DNA from: an uncultured Chloroflexia bacterium
GTDB lineage: Bacteria; Chloroflexota; Anaerolineae; Anaerolineales; UBA4823
Assembly: GCA_963726315.1 (NCBI GenBank)
Contig: CAVSBZ010000005.1
Location: 1,930,947-1,994,946 of the forward strand
Length of the DNA: 64,000 nt
Reading direction: 5' to 3'
The translations under genes were made by a program, and so were the position numbers. Each line of letters begins with the position of its first letter. The stretch's first letter is position 1. This document shows positions 44,186 through 54,172 of the stretch, piece by piece. The notes below the pieces were generated by a model. That model was not told where the DNA came from. It saw nothing but the letters and a program-made list of their open reading frames with translations, and searched no databases.

Positions 44186-44216
44186 GTCCGCTGCAGAGTG
44201 CTGTCAGGCAGCGGAC
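44186..44216. terminator. GC-rich hairpin between convergent genes (possible non-canonical terminator)
   Basis: 9-bp stem GTCCGCTGC/GCAGCGGAC with a 13-nt loop. No clear U-tract on either strand. Confidence 0.35.
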
Positions 44217-44233
44217 GGGTTAGACGTCAGGTC

Positions 44234-44578
44234 TCAGCTGACCCTGACTACATCGACCGAGATCTCCACTGCCGGCGTCGTTTCTCTATTCTCAAGCCAG
44301 TGTGTGGCATTCCTATCCTCAGGCCAGCCCACTCCCGGACCGTACTCCTTAGCAATTCCATCTCGATGGTCAGTGATCGTTCCTTCCAGTATATAGACCA
44401 TCCCCGGTCTATCTTTATGGTCGTGAATCGGGCCGAAAACGCCTCCAGGTTCGAATGTCACCATACGCATTCGAAGTTGGCGACCTGCCATGCCCTCGAT
44501 TTCAAGGCCAAGGTCAAGCGCTGCTAGCAGTTTCACCGTGACACCTTTCGTTTCAAGTGCTGTCTTTTCATTTTTCAT
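44234..44578 (-). CDS. Cupin domain protein
   Basis: MVTFEPGGVFGPIHDHKDRPGMVYILEG cupin motif. Start set at MKNEK after AAGGAAA; the ORF track extends to 44608. Confidence 0.7.
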   Translation of the reverse strand: MKNEKTALETKGVTVKLLAALDLGLEIEGMAGRQLRMRMVTFEPGGVFGPIHDHKDRPGMVYILEGTITDHRDGIAKEYGPGVGWPEDRNATHWLENRETTPAVEISVDVVRVS

Positions 44579-44627
44579 CGTAATTTCCTTTCTATACGTT
44601 CTGGCCACCTGACGCTTGGCCTCATGC

Positions 44628-45299
44628 TCATCTGACAGTCAGATCCTTGTCTTGCATTTCCCAAGCGTGATCGAGCGCGTGATACGCGGTGTGGCGAATC
44701 AGGTACCGGAGTGGCCAGGTGCGCGCCATTTTGTTCTGGGAATGCAAGGCCCGAATTTCGTTGCAATAGCTGTCGCGATGCGCGTTCAATCCCTCTTCGA
44801 TCAGCATCACCTCCGGAGGTGTACGCATGCCGAGCTTCTTCTCCCAGTCCCGCTCCGCGCCAAATGTATGACGAACGATGTGGTCCCGATCTCGCCCTCC
44901 ACCTCGCGGACCCTTTTGCATTTCAGCCGAGACGTACGAACGCACATTGTCGAAAAACGCCCAGCACGCACGCATCAGAGTCAAATCACGTTCCAATGCT
45001 TCGTCAGACATAGCTTGCTGGTCGATGCTCGAAAATCCGAATGAGATACCCCAAAAGTCGGTTGAGCCTGTGCCCTGATATTTCTCGACCACGTCGATGA
45101 CGCTGCTTGGTGCAAACGCAGTTTCCAACCCGGCTAGCTTCGCCACCTTTGCGTAACGTGGAACATAGGAGAGCAAGCGTTCGATTGCAGCCTGCGGGGT
45201 CGTTGCTCCCCGCTCGAGCCCGGGCCAGTCTGGTGCCACTGCCACCACCTTCTTGCCCTTCGGTCCGATTTCTAGCGTCACCCGAATAAGGTCAGCCAT
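44628..45299 (-). CDS. DinB-like four-helix-bundle family protein
   Basis: C-terminal LRYLIRHTAYHALDHAWEM His-rich helix typical of the DinB/YfiT-like fold. Start set at MADLIRV after GGAGGAG; the ORF track extends to 45329. Confidence 0.5.
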   Translation of the reverse strand: MADLIRVTLEIGPKGKKVVAVAPDWPGLERGATTPQAAIERLLSYVPRYAKVAKLAGLETAFAPSSVIDVVEKYQGTGSTDFWGISFGFSSIDQQAMSDEALERDLTLMRACWAFFDNVRSYVSAEMQKGPRGGGRDRDHIVRHTFGAERDWEKKLGMRTPPEVMLIEEGLNAHRDSYCNEIRALHSQNKMARTWPLRYLIRHTAYHALDHAWEMQDKDLTVR

Positions 45300-45970
45300 A
45301 GCTCCTCCACTCATAATAGTTCCTGCCATCGCCCACCTATGATGGAGCGCGGTGGTAGCTTTTCAATCCCACAAGCCTCCGATGTTCATTTCAGGGTCAA
45401 GAACGCCTGCACCCGCGTGTTTGATGCCGTGAGTTGTCTTTCCGGGTTGCCGTTCATATGCTCCAACCACACAGACACGATGGGTGTTCTTGCATCGTGA
45501 TTGCCACATCACGTACGAAAATAGAATTGTCAATCGCCTTACCACTGACATCTTACACTTAATTATATAGATTATTTACATTATATCCAGACAATTTTGC
45601 TGGTTTTACGGATTCAATATAAGTGTGATTATTGAAAGCTATCATCGGAACCCAGCAATTTATGGTTAAATTTCAGTTATGTGATAATTTCAATTACTGG
45701 TCGATCATAAAGGATTCAGCTGGACGGAGTTTACACGATATCCTGGATATTCCTGGAGGGACCGGTAAACAGTAAAAATTGGAGACCGATCGGATTATTC
45801 TTACTTGGTATCAGCTGCGTTCCAGCATATATTCATAAGGCTTTGGAGATGGATTTAATGAGGGCATCGTATCATTGATGTTTCCCCAAAGGAATCCCTC
45901 TCTTTGCGAGTCCCGTTTTAGCCCAATTCTTCTTTGATAGCGAACCCTTCTTGTGACAGCTGTTCATTAA

Positions 45971-47241
<1,271 letters not shown>

Positions 47242-47453
47242 TTTTTCTCTGATGTTTCTGTTGTATCACTGAATTTTATATTTGTCTCCGTCACCTCGAA
47301 CGAGATTTTAACATCTGGAGTTCACTCCAAGTCAAGGGTTTTGCATGTGCGTTCTGACTGGGAGCTCAACGCTTGTACTTTTAATAATGCTTTAAGTCAA
47401 ATTCATTACTTGTAAATTGTGTGTAGGATTGAGTACGGCGAATTCCCGTACAT

Positions 47454-47560
47454 AACCCAACATCGAAATTCTGCGCTCACATATCTAGAAATATCATTCT
47501 CTCCACGGAACTCCACCTGTGATCGTGGACGGGCTCACGCCACTCCGTTCTATGGATCCG
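47454..47560 (+). repeat. Copy A of a ~107-bp diverged direct repeat (partner at 49431..49538)
   Basis: Hand alignment to copy B gives about 19 mismatches plus 1 gap over ~108 positions. The right half is the better conserved (...CACGGAA(C/T)TCCACC..GATCGTGG.C.GG..TCAC.CCACT.CGTTCTATGGATCCG). Confidence 0.7.
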
Positions 47561-47631
47561 TGGAAATTACTCACCCATTTTATGAATAGTAAAAATAACT
47601 CGACCATCACACAGCTCATACCTCAATACTC

Positions 47632-47666
47632 CTCCCCTAAAAACATGTTTTTTGTTTTTGGGGGAG
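47632..47666. other. Strong orphan hairpin
   Basis: 13-bp stem CTCCCCTAAAAAC/GTTTTTGGGGGAG (one G.U pair) with a 9-nt loop. A T-run follows ~20 nt downstream, and no gene ends nearby on the plus strand. Confidence 0.5.
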
Positions 47667-47983
47667 TCGGGAGGGGGGTATTCTTTTTTTGTGCATCTGA
47701 ATAACAGGATTTATCACCTCAAATTTTGAATGTGTCGAGGATAATTTTCGATCGGTGAGTAATTACGATCCGGCTGTTCTTCCCGGGTTGCCTGATTTCT
47801 AGGCGGCTGCCCGAATTTTGGGCGGATGCTTGATCATTCGATCTCGATCCTGCTAAATGCTCACAGTCATTTCATCCCGACAATTCAGGGCGAAGCAGCT
47901 CAGCTAATAAGTGATCTGTTCATTCCGGTCCAGATCGAGCTCAAGGATCTGGAAAATAAATAAGAACTGTCTTCCAGGCTGTA

Positions 47984-48012
47984 TTGACATCCCCATACCA
48001 GTGAAGTACAAT
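47984..48012 (+). promoter_or_regulatory. Sigma-70-type promoter for the flavoprotein gene
   Basis: TTGACA (47984-47989), a 17-nt spacer, then TACAAT (48007-48012). A GGGAGG RBS precedes ATG 48065. Confidence 0.55.
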
Positions 48013-48064
48013 TATATCGATAATATTTATCTTTTTTATATAATTATTATCCTAGGGAGGATTT

Positions 48065-49297
48065 ATGATGGAGCGCATCGAAACCGTGATTATAGGTGCA
48101 GGACAGGCTGGATTAGCCACTAGTTACGCTCTCAAGCAGCACGGGAGAGAGCATATAATCCTGGATAAGGCTAGTAAACCAGGTAATTCATGGCGCAGTG
48201 AACGCTGGGATTCGTTCACCTTCGTATCGCCAAATTGGACTTTTCTCCTTCCGGGGGGAGAATACAATGGCTCTGAACCCGACGGTTTTATGTCCCGGAA
48301 TGAGCTTGTCAACCGCTTCGAACAATACGCTGAGAAGTACCAACTTCCAATAGAATATAATACCGAGGTCATTTCCGTCCAACCGGAAGAGGGCAGCGGT
48401 TATATCATCAAGGCACGCGATAAGGTATACCTCGCCCGCAACGTTGTGGCTGCAACCGGTTGGTTCCAGCTTGGTAAAACACCGCCTTTTGCGGACAAGA
48501 TTCCACCGTCTATCATCCAATTTCACACGAACAGATACCGCAACCCGCAGTCACTCCCTCCAGGCGCGGTGCTCGTGGTAGGCTCCGGGCAATCTGGCGC
48601 TCAGATCGCCGAAGAGCTGTACCAGAGTGGGCGTAAGGTGTTCCTGGCCACCGGTGTTGCCCCACATTCACCTCGAAGTTACCGCGGCAAAGACTTTTTC
48701 AAATGGGCGTATGAATCCGGGTTTATAGATCAAACCTTTGAACAAATTAGGTTATTTGGTAAGGAATTTGTAGCCCCGATGATCAGCGGAAAAGATGGCG
48801 GTCACGCCCTTAACCTGCACAAGTTTTACCGCGAGGGCGCCATTCTGCTTGGCCATGCCCAGGATGTTGTGGATGGTAAGCTGTACCTTGCCCCAGATTT
48901 GAAAGAAAACCTTGGCAAAGCTGACCAGGCTCAGAAAATGATCCTTAATAGATTTGATGAATACATCCGGCTCGCGGGGGTGGATGCACCGCTGGAAGAT
49001 CCCCCCGCGATAATGGACGGGTACCAGGCTCCGCAGATCACCTCACTGGATTTGCATGCTGAAGGAATCAATACCGTGATCTGGGCTTGCGGTTACACAT
49101 ATGACTCATCGATCTTCAAATTCCCTTTCCTTGACCAGTTTGGCATTCCCAAAGCTCCATACGGAGTCAGCAGCACCAATCCCAGACTGTATTTCGTCGG
49201 TTTACCTTTTCTTCCGATCTTAGGTTCAGGCTTTTTTGCTGGCATAGCAAAAAGTACAGGGCTGGTCGTAGAGCGGGTGATAGAGGCCAATCAGTAG
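48065..49297 (+). CDS. FAD/NAD(P)-binding oxidoreductase, flavin-containing monooxygenase-like
   Basis: Two dinucleotide-binding motifs, GAGQAG (N-terminal) and GSGQSG (central). Confidence 0.8.
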   Translation: MMERIETVIIGAGQAGLATSYALKQHGREHIILDKASKPGNSWRSERWDSFTFVSPNWTFLLPGGEYNGSEPDGFMSRNELVNRFEQYAEKYQLPIEYNTEVISVQPEEGSGYIIKARDKVYLARNVVAATGWFQLGKTPPFADKIPPSIIQFHTNRYRNPQSLPPGAVLVVGSGQSGAQIAEELYQSGRKVFLATGVAPHSPRSYRGKDFFKWAYESGFIDQTFEQIRLFGKEFVAPMISGKDGGHALNLHKFYREGAILLGHAQDVVDGKLYLAPDLKENLGKADQAQKMILNRFDEYIRLAGVDAPLEDPPAIMDGYQAPQITSLDLHAEGINTVIWACGYTYDSSIFKFPFLDQFGIPKAPYGVSSTNPRLYFVGLPFLPILGSGFFAGIAKSTGLVVERVIEANQ

Positions 49298-49430
49298 GAA
49301 CACAAATGAAACCAAGACAGCGCTTCGCTTCAGGCATTTTTGTTACTTTTTGGGGTGAGAAAATATCAGATACACCGATGCAGGAGTTCTGGGTAGCGCG
49401 GGACGTTTATTGCTTGGATAAGCTTTACGA

Positions 49431-49538
49431 AACCCAACATTGAGATTCTACAGTCACACTTCTACGAACATCGTGCTCTCCCACGGAATTCCACCCATGA
49501 TCGTGGCCGGGGTCACACCACTACGTTCTATGGATCCG
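49431..49538 (+). repeat. Copy B of the ~107-bp diverged direct repeat (partner at 47454..47560)
   Basis: See copy A. The two copies bracket the flavoprotein gene in the same orientation. Confidence 0.7.
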
Positions 49539-49947
49539 GGTGTTTTCCCCACGGTCCATCTCAAGAGTTAATTAATGGCGCTAAAATGGCGCTAAAATGT
49601 ATGGTCACTTATCTGAATATGGCTATATGTGAGGGTATATTGAGTTCTATCCCCCTTATATAGGCGCCCCCGGCGGGGCTACCTGTCGTGTTCTTCGACG
49701 GGGACCTGCTGTGCTCTCCAGCGGATTCGAACCGGACACCCGTCAAGGGTGCACAACCGTCTGATCCGAAGTCTTAGGACTGGCATTCTACACGCTTGTT
49801 TATGGTGTTTTATCGTCCACAGAATCCTATTTATGCGGCTAAATTTCTCCAGCATGTCTTTTGAATCCACTGCTTAACAGCCCATCTGCACCACATCTGC
49901 ATCGTTTTAAGATGAATGCTTAGAACCGTTATTACTAATTATCAACG

Positions 49948-50009
49948 AGGGAAGGCAGCCTGCAGACCTGTCCAAAGGGGGAAAAAATCACTTGATCCGC
50001 AGTCAAGTG
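49948..50009 (+). repeat. Dispersed repeat R1 (3' module only)
   Basis: GGGAAGGCAGCCTGCAGACCTGTCCAAAGGGGGAAAAAATC followed by hairpin CACTTGA/TCAAGTG. It parallels the right part of R3. Confidence 0.6.
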
Positions 50010-50132
50010 AGAAGGAATTTATTGGCTGTCGATTAAGTCCAGCACCTATTTTTAGTGCTAATATGTACAAAAATGCGACTAAATTGGTAATGGTTTAGTC
50101 CATTAAGTCCACGATTACCATACTGTATCGGG

Positions 50133-50219
50133 ATATTTGCACCGAAATTGCACGGAATCTACACCCGAATTGCACCACAGTATGTAGCAAGGAATGGCGA
50201 CCCGCTGAGGGGTAAAAGG
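50133..50219 (+). repeat. Dispersed repeat R2
   Basis: ATATTTGCACCGAAATTGCAC...GTATGTAGCAAGGAATGGCGACC... aligns with R3. It contains two GCACC(G/C)AA(A)TTGCAC-like submotifs. Confidence 0.6.
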
Positions 50220-50322
50220 TTTATATAAATTGGGATTACGATTTGTTTGACTAAATATATTATACTGGAAGTGGAGGACTGGTCCATCAACACATTTTGT
50301 GGTAATACCAGTTGGAGTCCTG

Positions 50323-51070
50323 ATGCGATCCTGTATATTCTGTGGAAAGTATAGTTTAACAGAGAAGATGCATGGCCATTATGGTTAATGCGCAAATTTC
50401 CTAAAAAATCAACCGGGATCATGGAGGGTCAGATTGGTACTATACATCTTCCACCCTGGCGCCAAATAAGCCCCGAATTGAAGGTTAAGTATATTTGTAA
50501 AGAATGCAATAATGGATGGATGAGTCGACTTGAGGATCAAGTAAAACCCATTTTCAGAGCCCATTTTTAACGATGAGACTATCCTTATTAGTTCTCAGCA
50601 ACAGTCCATTTTGAGCGCCTGGGCAGTAAAGACCGCAATGGTTCTTGAGGCAATTTATAGTAGTAAGTTTTGGTTTTACCTCCCAGTGGAGCGCAGATTT
50701 CTTATGGAAACATTACATCCACCAGCTCTAACCTTTGTTTGGATAGCGAAATGTGTTGATCCTACGGGCTGTTATAGTAAAGCATCGAAACTTACTGGAA
50801 GGACTAATGATTTGACAAGCAACGATACTGGTTATTGTTCAACGATCGGATTCGGTCCTTTAGCTCTGCAGGTATTAACATGCGGATATTCGATCCAACA
50901 CCGGCAAATCCGTAATAATCCCCACCTCGCAAGATGAACGATGGAGCCAAGCAACGATCTGTGTTTGGCCTATTCAAATGGCAAAGCAACGGTGGCCTCC
51001 GTCACTCGGGTTATCGGGAGAATTCGGATTAGAGGAACTGATGAAGCGGTGGGTACCTCACGGAGCCTGA
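50323..51070 (+). pseudogene. Degraded gene for a CxxC / CxxCN zinc-finger (HNH-like) protein, at least 3 frame breaks
   Basis: GGAG RBS plus ATG 50323 (MRSCIFCGK...), then EEDAWPLWLMRKF...YICKECNNGWMSRLE, SAWAVKTAMVLE... and ...RWPPSLGLSGEFGLEELMKRW in three different frames. Confidence 0.55.
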
Positions 51071-51116
51071 CATAGGCTCCAACCATAGGATAATCCATTA
51101 TTCATACCGGTAGAGC

Positions 51117-51225
51117 ATATCTGCACCCAAATTGTACCTAAACTACTCTCGATCTGCATCGGTATGAAGCAAGGAAAGGCGACCAGGAGCCCGTCCAAAG
51201 GGGGAAATATCTTCACGAGGTGAAT
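51117..51225 (+). repeat. Dispersed repeat R3 (full-length copy)
   Basis: ATATCTGCACCCAAATTGTACC...GTATGAAGCAAGGAAAGGCGACCAGGAGCCCGTCCAAAGGGGGAAATATC followed by hairpin TTCAC/GTGAA. Confidence 0.6.
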
Positions 51226-51373
51226 TTGCGATCGGTTTTTTCGCTATGAAAATCAAAAAGCACCCAAATATTTTCGAGCTAGCTTACAAAATAATGGAGT
51301 CTCGTAATCGTATTCGATGTTATTAGGCTAAATAGTTTTCGATCAAACAACCAAGCAAAGTAGCTTGGACTTA

Positions 51374-51874
51374 TCAAATTAAAGGTAAAGTTTTGAGGTA
51401 ACCGATCAGGTCCGAGATGTCTCCATCGCTCATCTTCCAGCGTGGCATGTCTGTGCTCAGCTGAGTACCATCAGGATCCTTCCCTTCCTCAACTGCGAGC
51501 TTAAATTTTTCGGTATCAAACTCATCATCCAAAGTTTTCCAACGAATATCTTTCGCGTCCATCTCTTGCATCATCCCCATGCTGTGTACACCGCCGCGTC
51601 CATCGGGTCCATGACAAGAAACACAGGCGAGTTGACCATTCATCATCATCCACCCGTTGGATGAAGGACCACCTGAATAGCTTATATCAATCCCATCGTC
51701 ACTGGTGGCAGTGAAATAGATGCGTTCACCATTCGAATCGAAAACACCGTTTCCCCAACCTGTCCCATTTGAACTCTTTATCGGTTTTATAAGACCACAT
51801 GCTGCGAGCAGCAACGTCGTCATCAGAAGAAATGATGCTATGATAATTCCTTTATATCTGTTCATGGTATCCAT
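51374..51874 (-). CDS. Lipoprotein c-type cytochrome (monohaem)
   Basis: Signal peptide with lipobox LLAAC and haem-binding motif CVSCHG. Confidence 0.75.
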   Translation of the reverse strand: MDTMNRYKGIIIASFLLMTTLLLAACGLIKPIKSSNGTGWGNGVFDSNGERIYFTATSDDGIDISYSGGPSSNGWMMMNGQLACVSCHGPDGRGGVHSMGMMQEMDAKDIRWKTLDDEFDTEKFKLAVEEGKDPDGTQLSTDMPRWKMSDGDISDLIGYLKTLPLI

Positions 51875-51983
51875 CCCATTTTGTCATTGTCAAATTGTCA
51901 GAGCCGGAAACATGCGTCCTTCTCCAATAATAATCCTACCGATTGATGACAGGCATTATATAGCAATTTACCTTGATGTGATT

Positions 51984-52463
51984 TCATTTGAAGCGGGTGT
52001 CTGACTTTTGAGTTTGAATTTGTCCTTTTACCTGTTCAAGCCATCCTATCCGAACGTTCTGTGTGTGTTCAAAATCAGGTACATATGGCTTGATATCCAG
52101 AAGAGGAGTTTCATTTAGCACATCCAATCGATCAATATAAATGAGGTTGTTTTCGATGCGTACAAGGTCAACTAAGGAGAGACCGATCGGATTTGGACGG
52201 CTGGGTGCGCGGGTAGCAAAGATACCCCGTGGTTCTTTGTCGAGGAAGGGGGTCACGATCAGATTGGATTGGCGCATCTTATGTAAGTGATACAGTAAAT
52301 AGATGTGGGAGAAGCCTTCCAAATCCTTCAAGCCATCTATAAATTGAGGAAAGATTTCGACAATACCCGATCCGCTTATGTCACTCGTAGGCTGGATCGG
52401 CATATCTTCCAAGTTATTGAAGGGGCTATGTATAATGCCAATAGGTCTATAAATAATATCCAT
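51984..52463 (-). CDS. trmO: tRNA (N6-threonylcarbamoyladenosine(37)-N6)-methyltransferase TrmO (TsaA/YaeB family)
   Basis: GIIHSPF, FSHIYLLYHLH, RPNPIGLSLV and LLDIKPY motifs. Confidence 0.8.
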   Translation of the reverse strand: MDIIYRPIGIIHSPFNNLEDMPIQPTSDISGSGIVEIFPQFIDGLKDLEGFSHIYLLYHLHKMRQSNLIVTPFLDKEPRGIFATRAPSRPNPIGLSLVDLVRIENNLIYIDRLDVLNETPLLDIKPYVPDFEHTQNVRIGWLEQVKGQIQTQKSDTRFK

Positions 52464-52772
52464 GAAGTTCTAGATCCTTGCTAATTAGTATATATCAACC
52501 CTATACATTTCAATAAGGGAAAATAACGATATTTCCATGATTGGATTTTCGCTTATTTTCATTCACCCTCATTAACCACACAATATGAAAGTGAGTATCG
52601 CACCCGTAATACGATTACGGAGGTCAAAGACTTTTCTTCTCGCATGCGAGGACATCGGTCAATTGGAATGAAATCAATTTATCAACGACTAATTCTCCAT
52701 CCATCGGTTCAATAGAATGACAGGCTCTCAGAAAGATGAATGACATTCGTCACTTTGAATGTGATGAATAAA

Positions 52773-52810
52773 AGATAAAATATATTCGGTGTCTTGAATA
52801 TATTTTATCT
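52773..52810. promoter_or_regulatory. Perfect 15-bp inverted repeat (candidate operator) 12 nt upstream of the AbrB-radical SAM start
   Basis: AGATAAAATATATTC (52773-52787), an 8-nt spacer, then GAATATATTTTATCT (52796-52810). The arms are exact reverse complements. Confidence 0.5.
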
Positions 52811-52822
52811 TAGGTATGTAGA

Positions 52823-54077
52823 ATGACTTCCAATCATAGCCAGCGAGCTCGAGTCAATGATAATGGTAATCCGATAATCCCAGCTGATGTTGCCAGGCAG
52901 TACGGGATTCAACCAGGGGGAGAGCTTTTCCTGGACGAAAAAGATGATGGTATTTTCTTGCGCCGAGCCGATTTCGCATTTGGCAAAAGTTTACATCGAG
53001 CCAACCAGTAAATGCAATCTCTCCTGCCGGACTTGTATCAGAAATTCTTGGGATGAGCCGATGGGTCAAATGACTGATGCAACCTTCGACCGGGTAATAA
53101 GCGGTATCCAAGAGTTAAACTCAAGCCCCTTGATCTTCTTTGGAGGTTTTGGCGAACCGCTCTCACATCCTAAGATTGTTGATATGGTGGCACGAGCAAA
53201 GAAATTAGTCCCAAGGTAGAGTTGATCACAAATGGTATGTTGCTAGACCGAAGAACGCTCGCGTTCTTTACACCAGGCTGGATTGAGTTTTTTATGGGTG
53301 TCGGTTGATGGAGCTTCGCCTGAAAGTTATGCGGATATTCGCATCGGAGCAGCACTCCCAGATATTTTCCGGAATATTGCACATTATCGCTATTTATATC
53401 TGGATATGACTGGCAGGGATCCTGGGATTGGTTTGGCATTCGTTGCCATGAAACGCAACATTGCTGATTTGCCTGAACTACTAAAAATGAGTACCAGACT
53501 TGGAGTGTCACGCTATTTGGTGACCAACGTCATCCCTTATACACGCGAGATGTGTGAAGAAAGACTTTACGGTCGTGCTATGGATACGCTCGCAGGTGTT
53601 CCTTCGTCATGGGTTCCGCGGTTGGATTTTCCCCCGATGGATACCAACCGATACACTCGTGATCCGTTAATTCGGATAATGAGTGCCAATCCGCAATATT
53701 ATCAAATGGATAGTAGTTTAGCAGAACTTAGAGGACGTTGTCCGTTCATCCGTCAAGGTTCGACAGCGATTGCATGGGATGGAAGTGTAAGCCCTTGTTT
53801 ACCATTGATGCACCAATACGAGAGTTATTTAATGGATATATCCAGAAGTGTAAAGCGATATGTAATCGGTAATATCGCAGAACAAGGCATTAAGGATTTA
53901 TGGGAGTCAAGAGAATATGTGGATTTTCGCAAGCGGGTGGATGAATTCGATTTTTCCCCCTGTACCGTTTGTGCAAGCTGCCAGATGGCTGAATCGAACG
54001 AGGAAGACTGTTATGGGAATATATTTCCAACTTGCGGGGGATGCTTGTGGGCACAAGGTTTCATCCGCTGTCCCTAA
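52823..54077 (+). pseudogene. Radical SAM/SPASM-domain protein with N-terminal AbrB/SpoVT-like domain; three frame breaks
   Basis: ORF 52823..53011 has an AbrB-like swapped-hairpin sequence (RVNDNGNPIIPADVARQYGIQPGGELFL). ORF 52887..53219 has the CNLSCRTC radical SAM cluster motif. 53210..53273 is in another frame (PKVELITNGMLL). ORF 53283..54077 has a Cys-rich SPASM-like C-terminus (CPF...CxPL...CTVCASC...CGGC). Confidence 0.75.
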
Positions 54078-54103
54078 TTCTATTGACGAACTTGATTAAT
54101 TTC

Positions 54104-54153
54104 TTGACAGCTAATGAGAAAGGCGATAAAATCATATTCAATCCGTTGAATGT
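54104..54153 (+). promoter_or_regulatory. Putative promoter plus ArsR-type operator upstream of the first arsR
   Basis: TTGACA (54104-54109), a 17-nt spacer, then TAAAAT (54127-54132). The imperfect inverted repeat ATATTCAA-TCCG-TTGAATGT (54134-54153) follows directly. Confidence 0.45.
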
Positions 54154-54172
54154 AATAAACTAAGAGGTATAT

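Noticed and set aside
45363-45551. A 62-aa minus-strand ORF next to the DinB-like gene.
   Set aside because: No RBS or family signal. It may be a relic fragment, but I cannot support a call.
47454-47461. ACCCAAC at the start of both repeat copies (also 49431-49438) matches the integron attC R'' consensus RYYYAAC.
   Set aside because: There is no matching GTTRRRY partner at attC-compatible distance and no intI gene. Neighbouring genes are not arranged as a co-directional cassette array.
49574-49599. Tandem 11-mer AATGGCGCTAA (about 2.4 copies) as a possible CRISPR or minisatellite; CRISPR arrays in general.
   Set aside because: It has too few copies, is too short and has no spacers. I saw no repeat-spacer architecture anywhere in the window.
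49680-49800. An intact tRNA or tmRNA gene on the minus strand around the GGTTCGAATCC motif.
   Set aside because: I could not pair a 5' acceptor strand with the 3' side, and the T stem has only three Watson-Crick pairs. It is kept only as a fragment-level observation.
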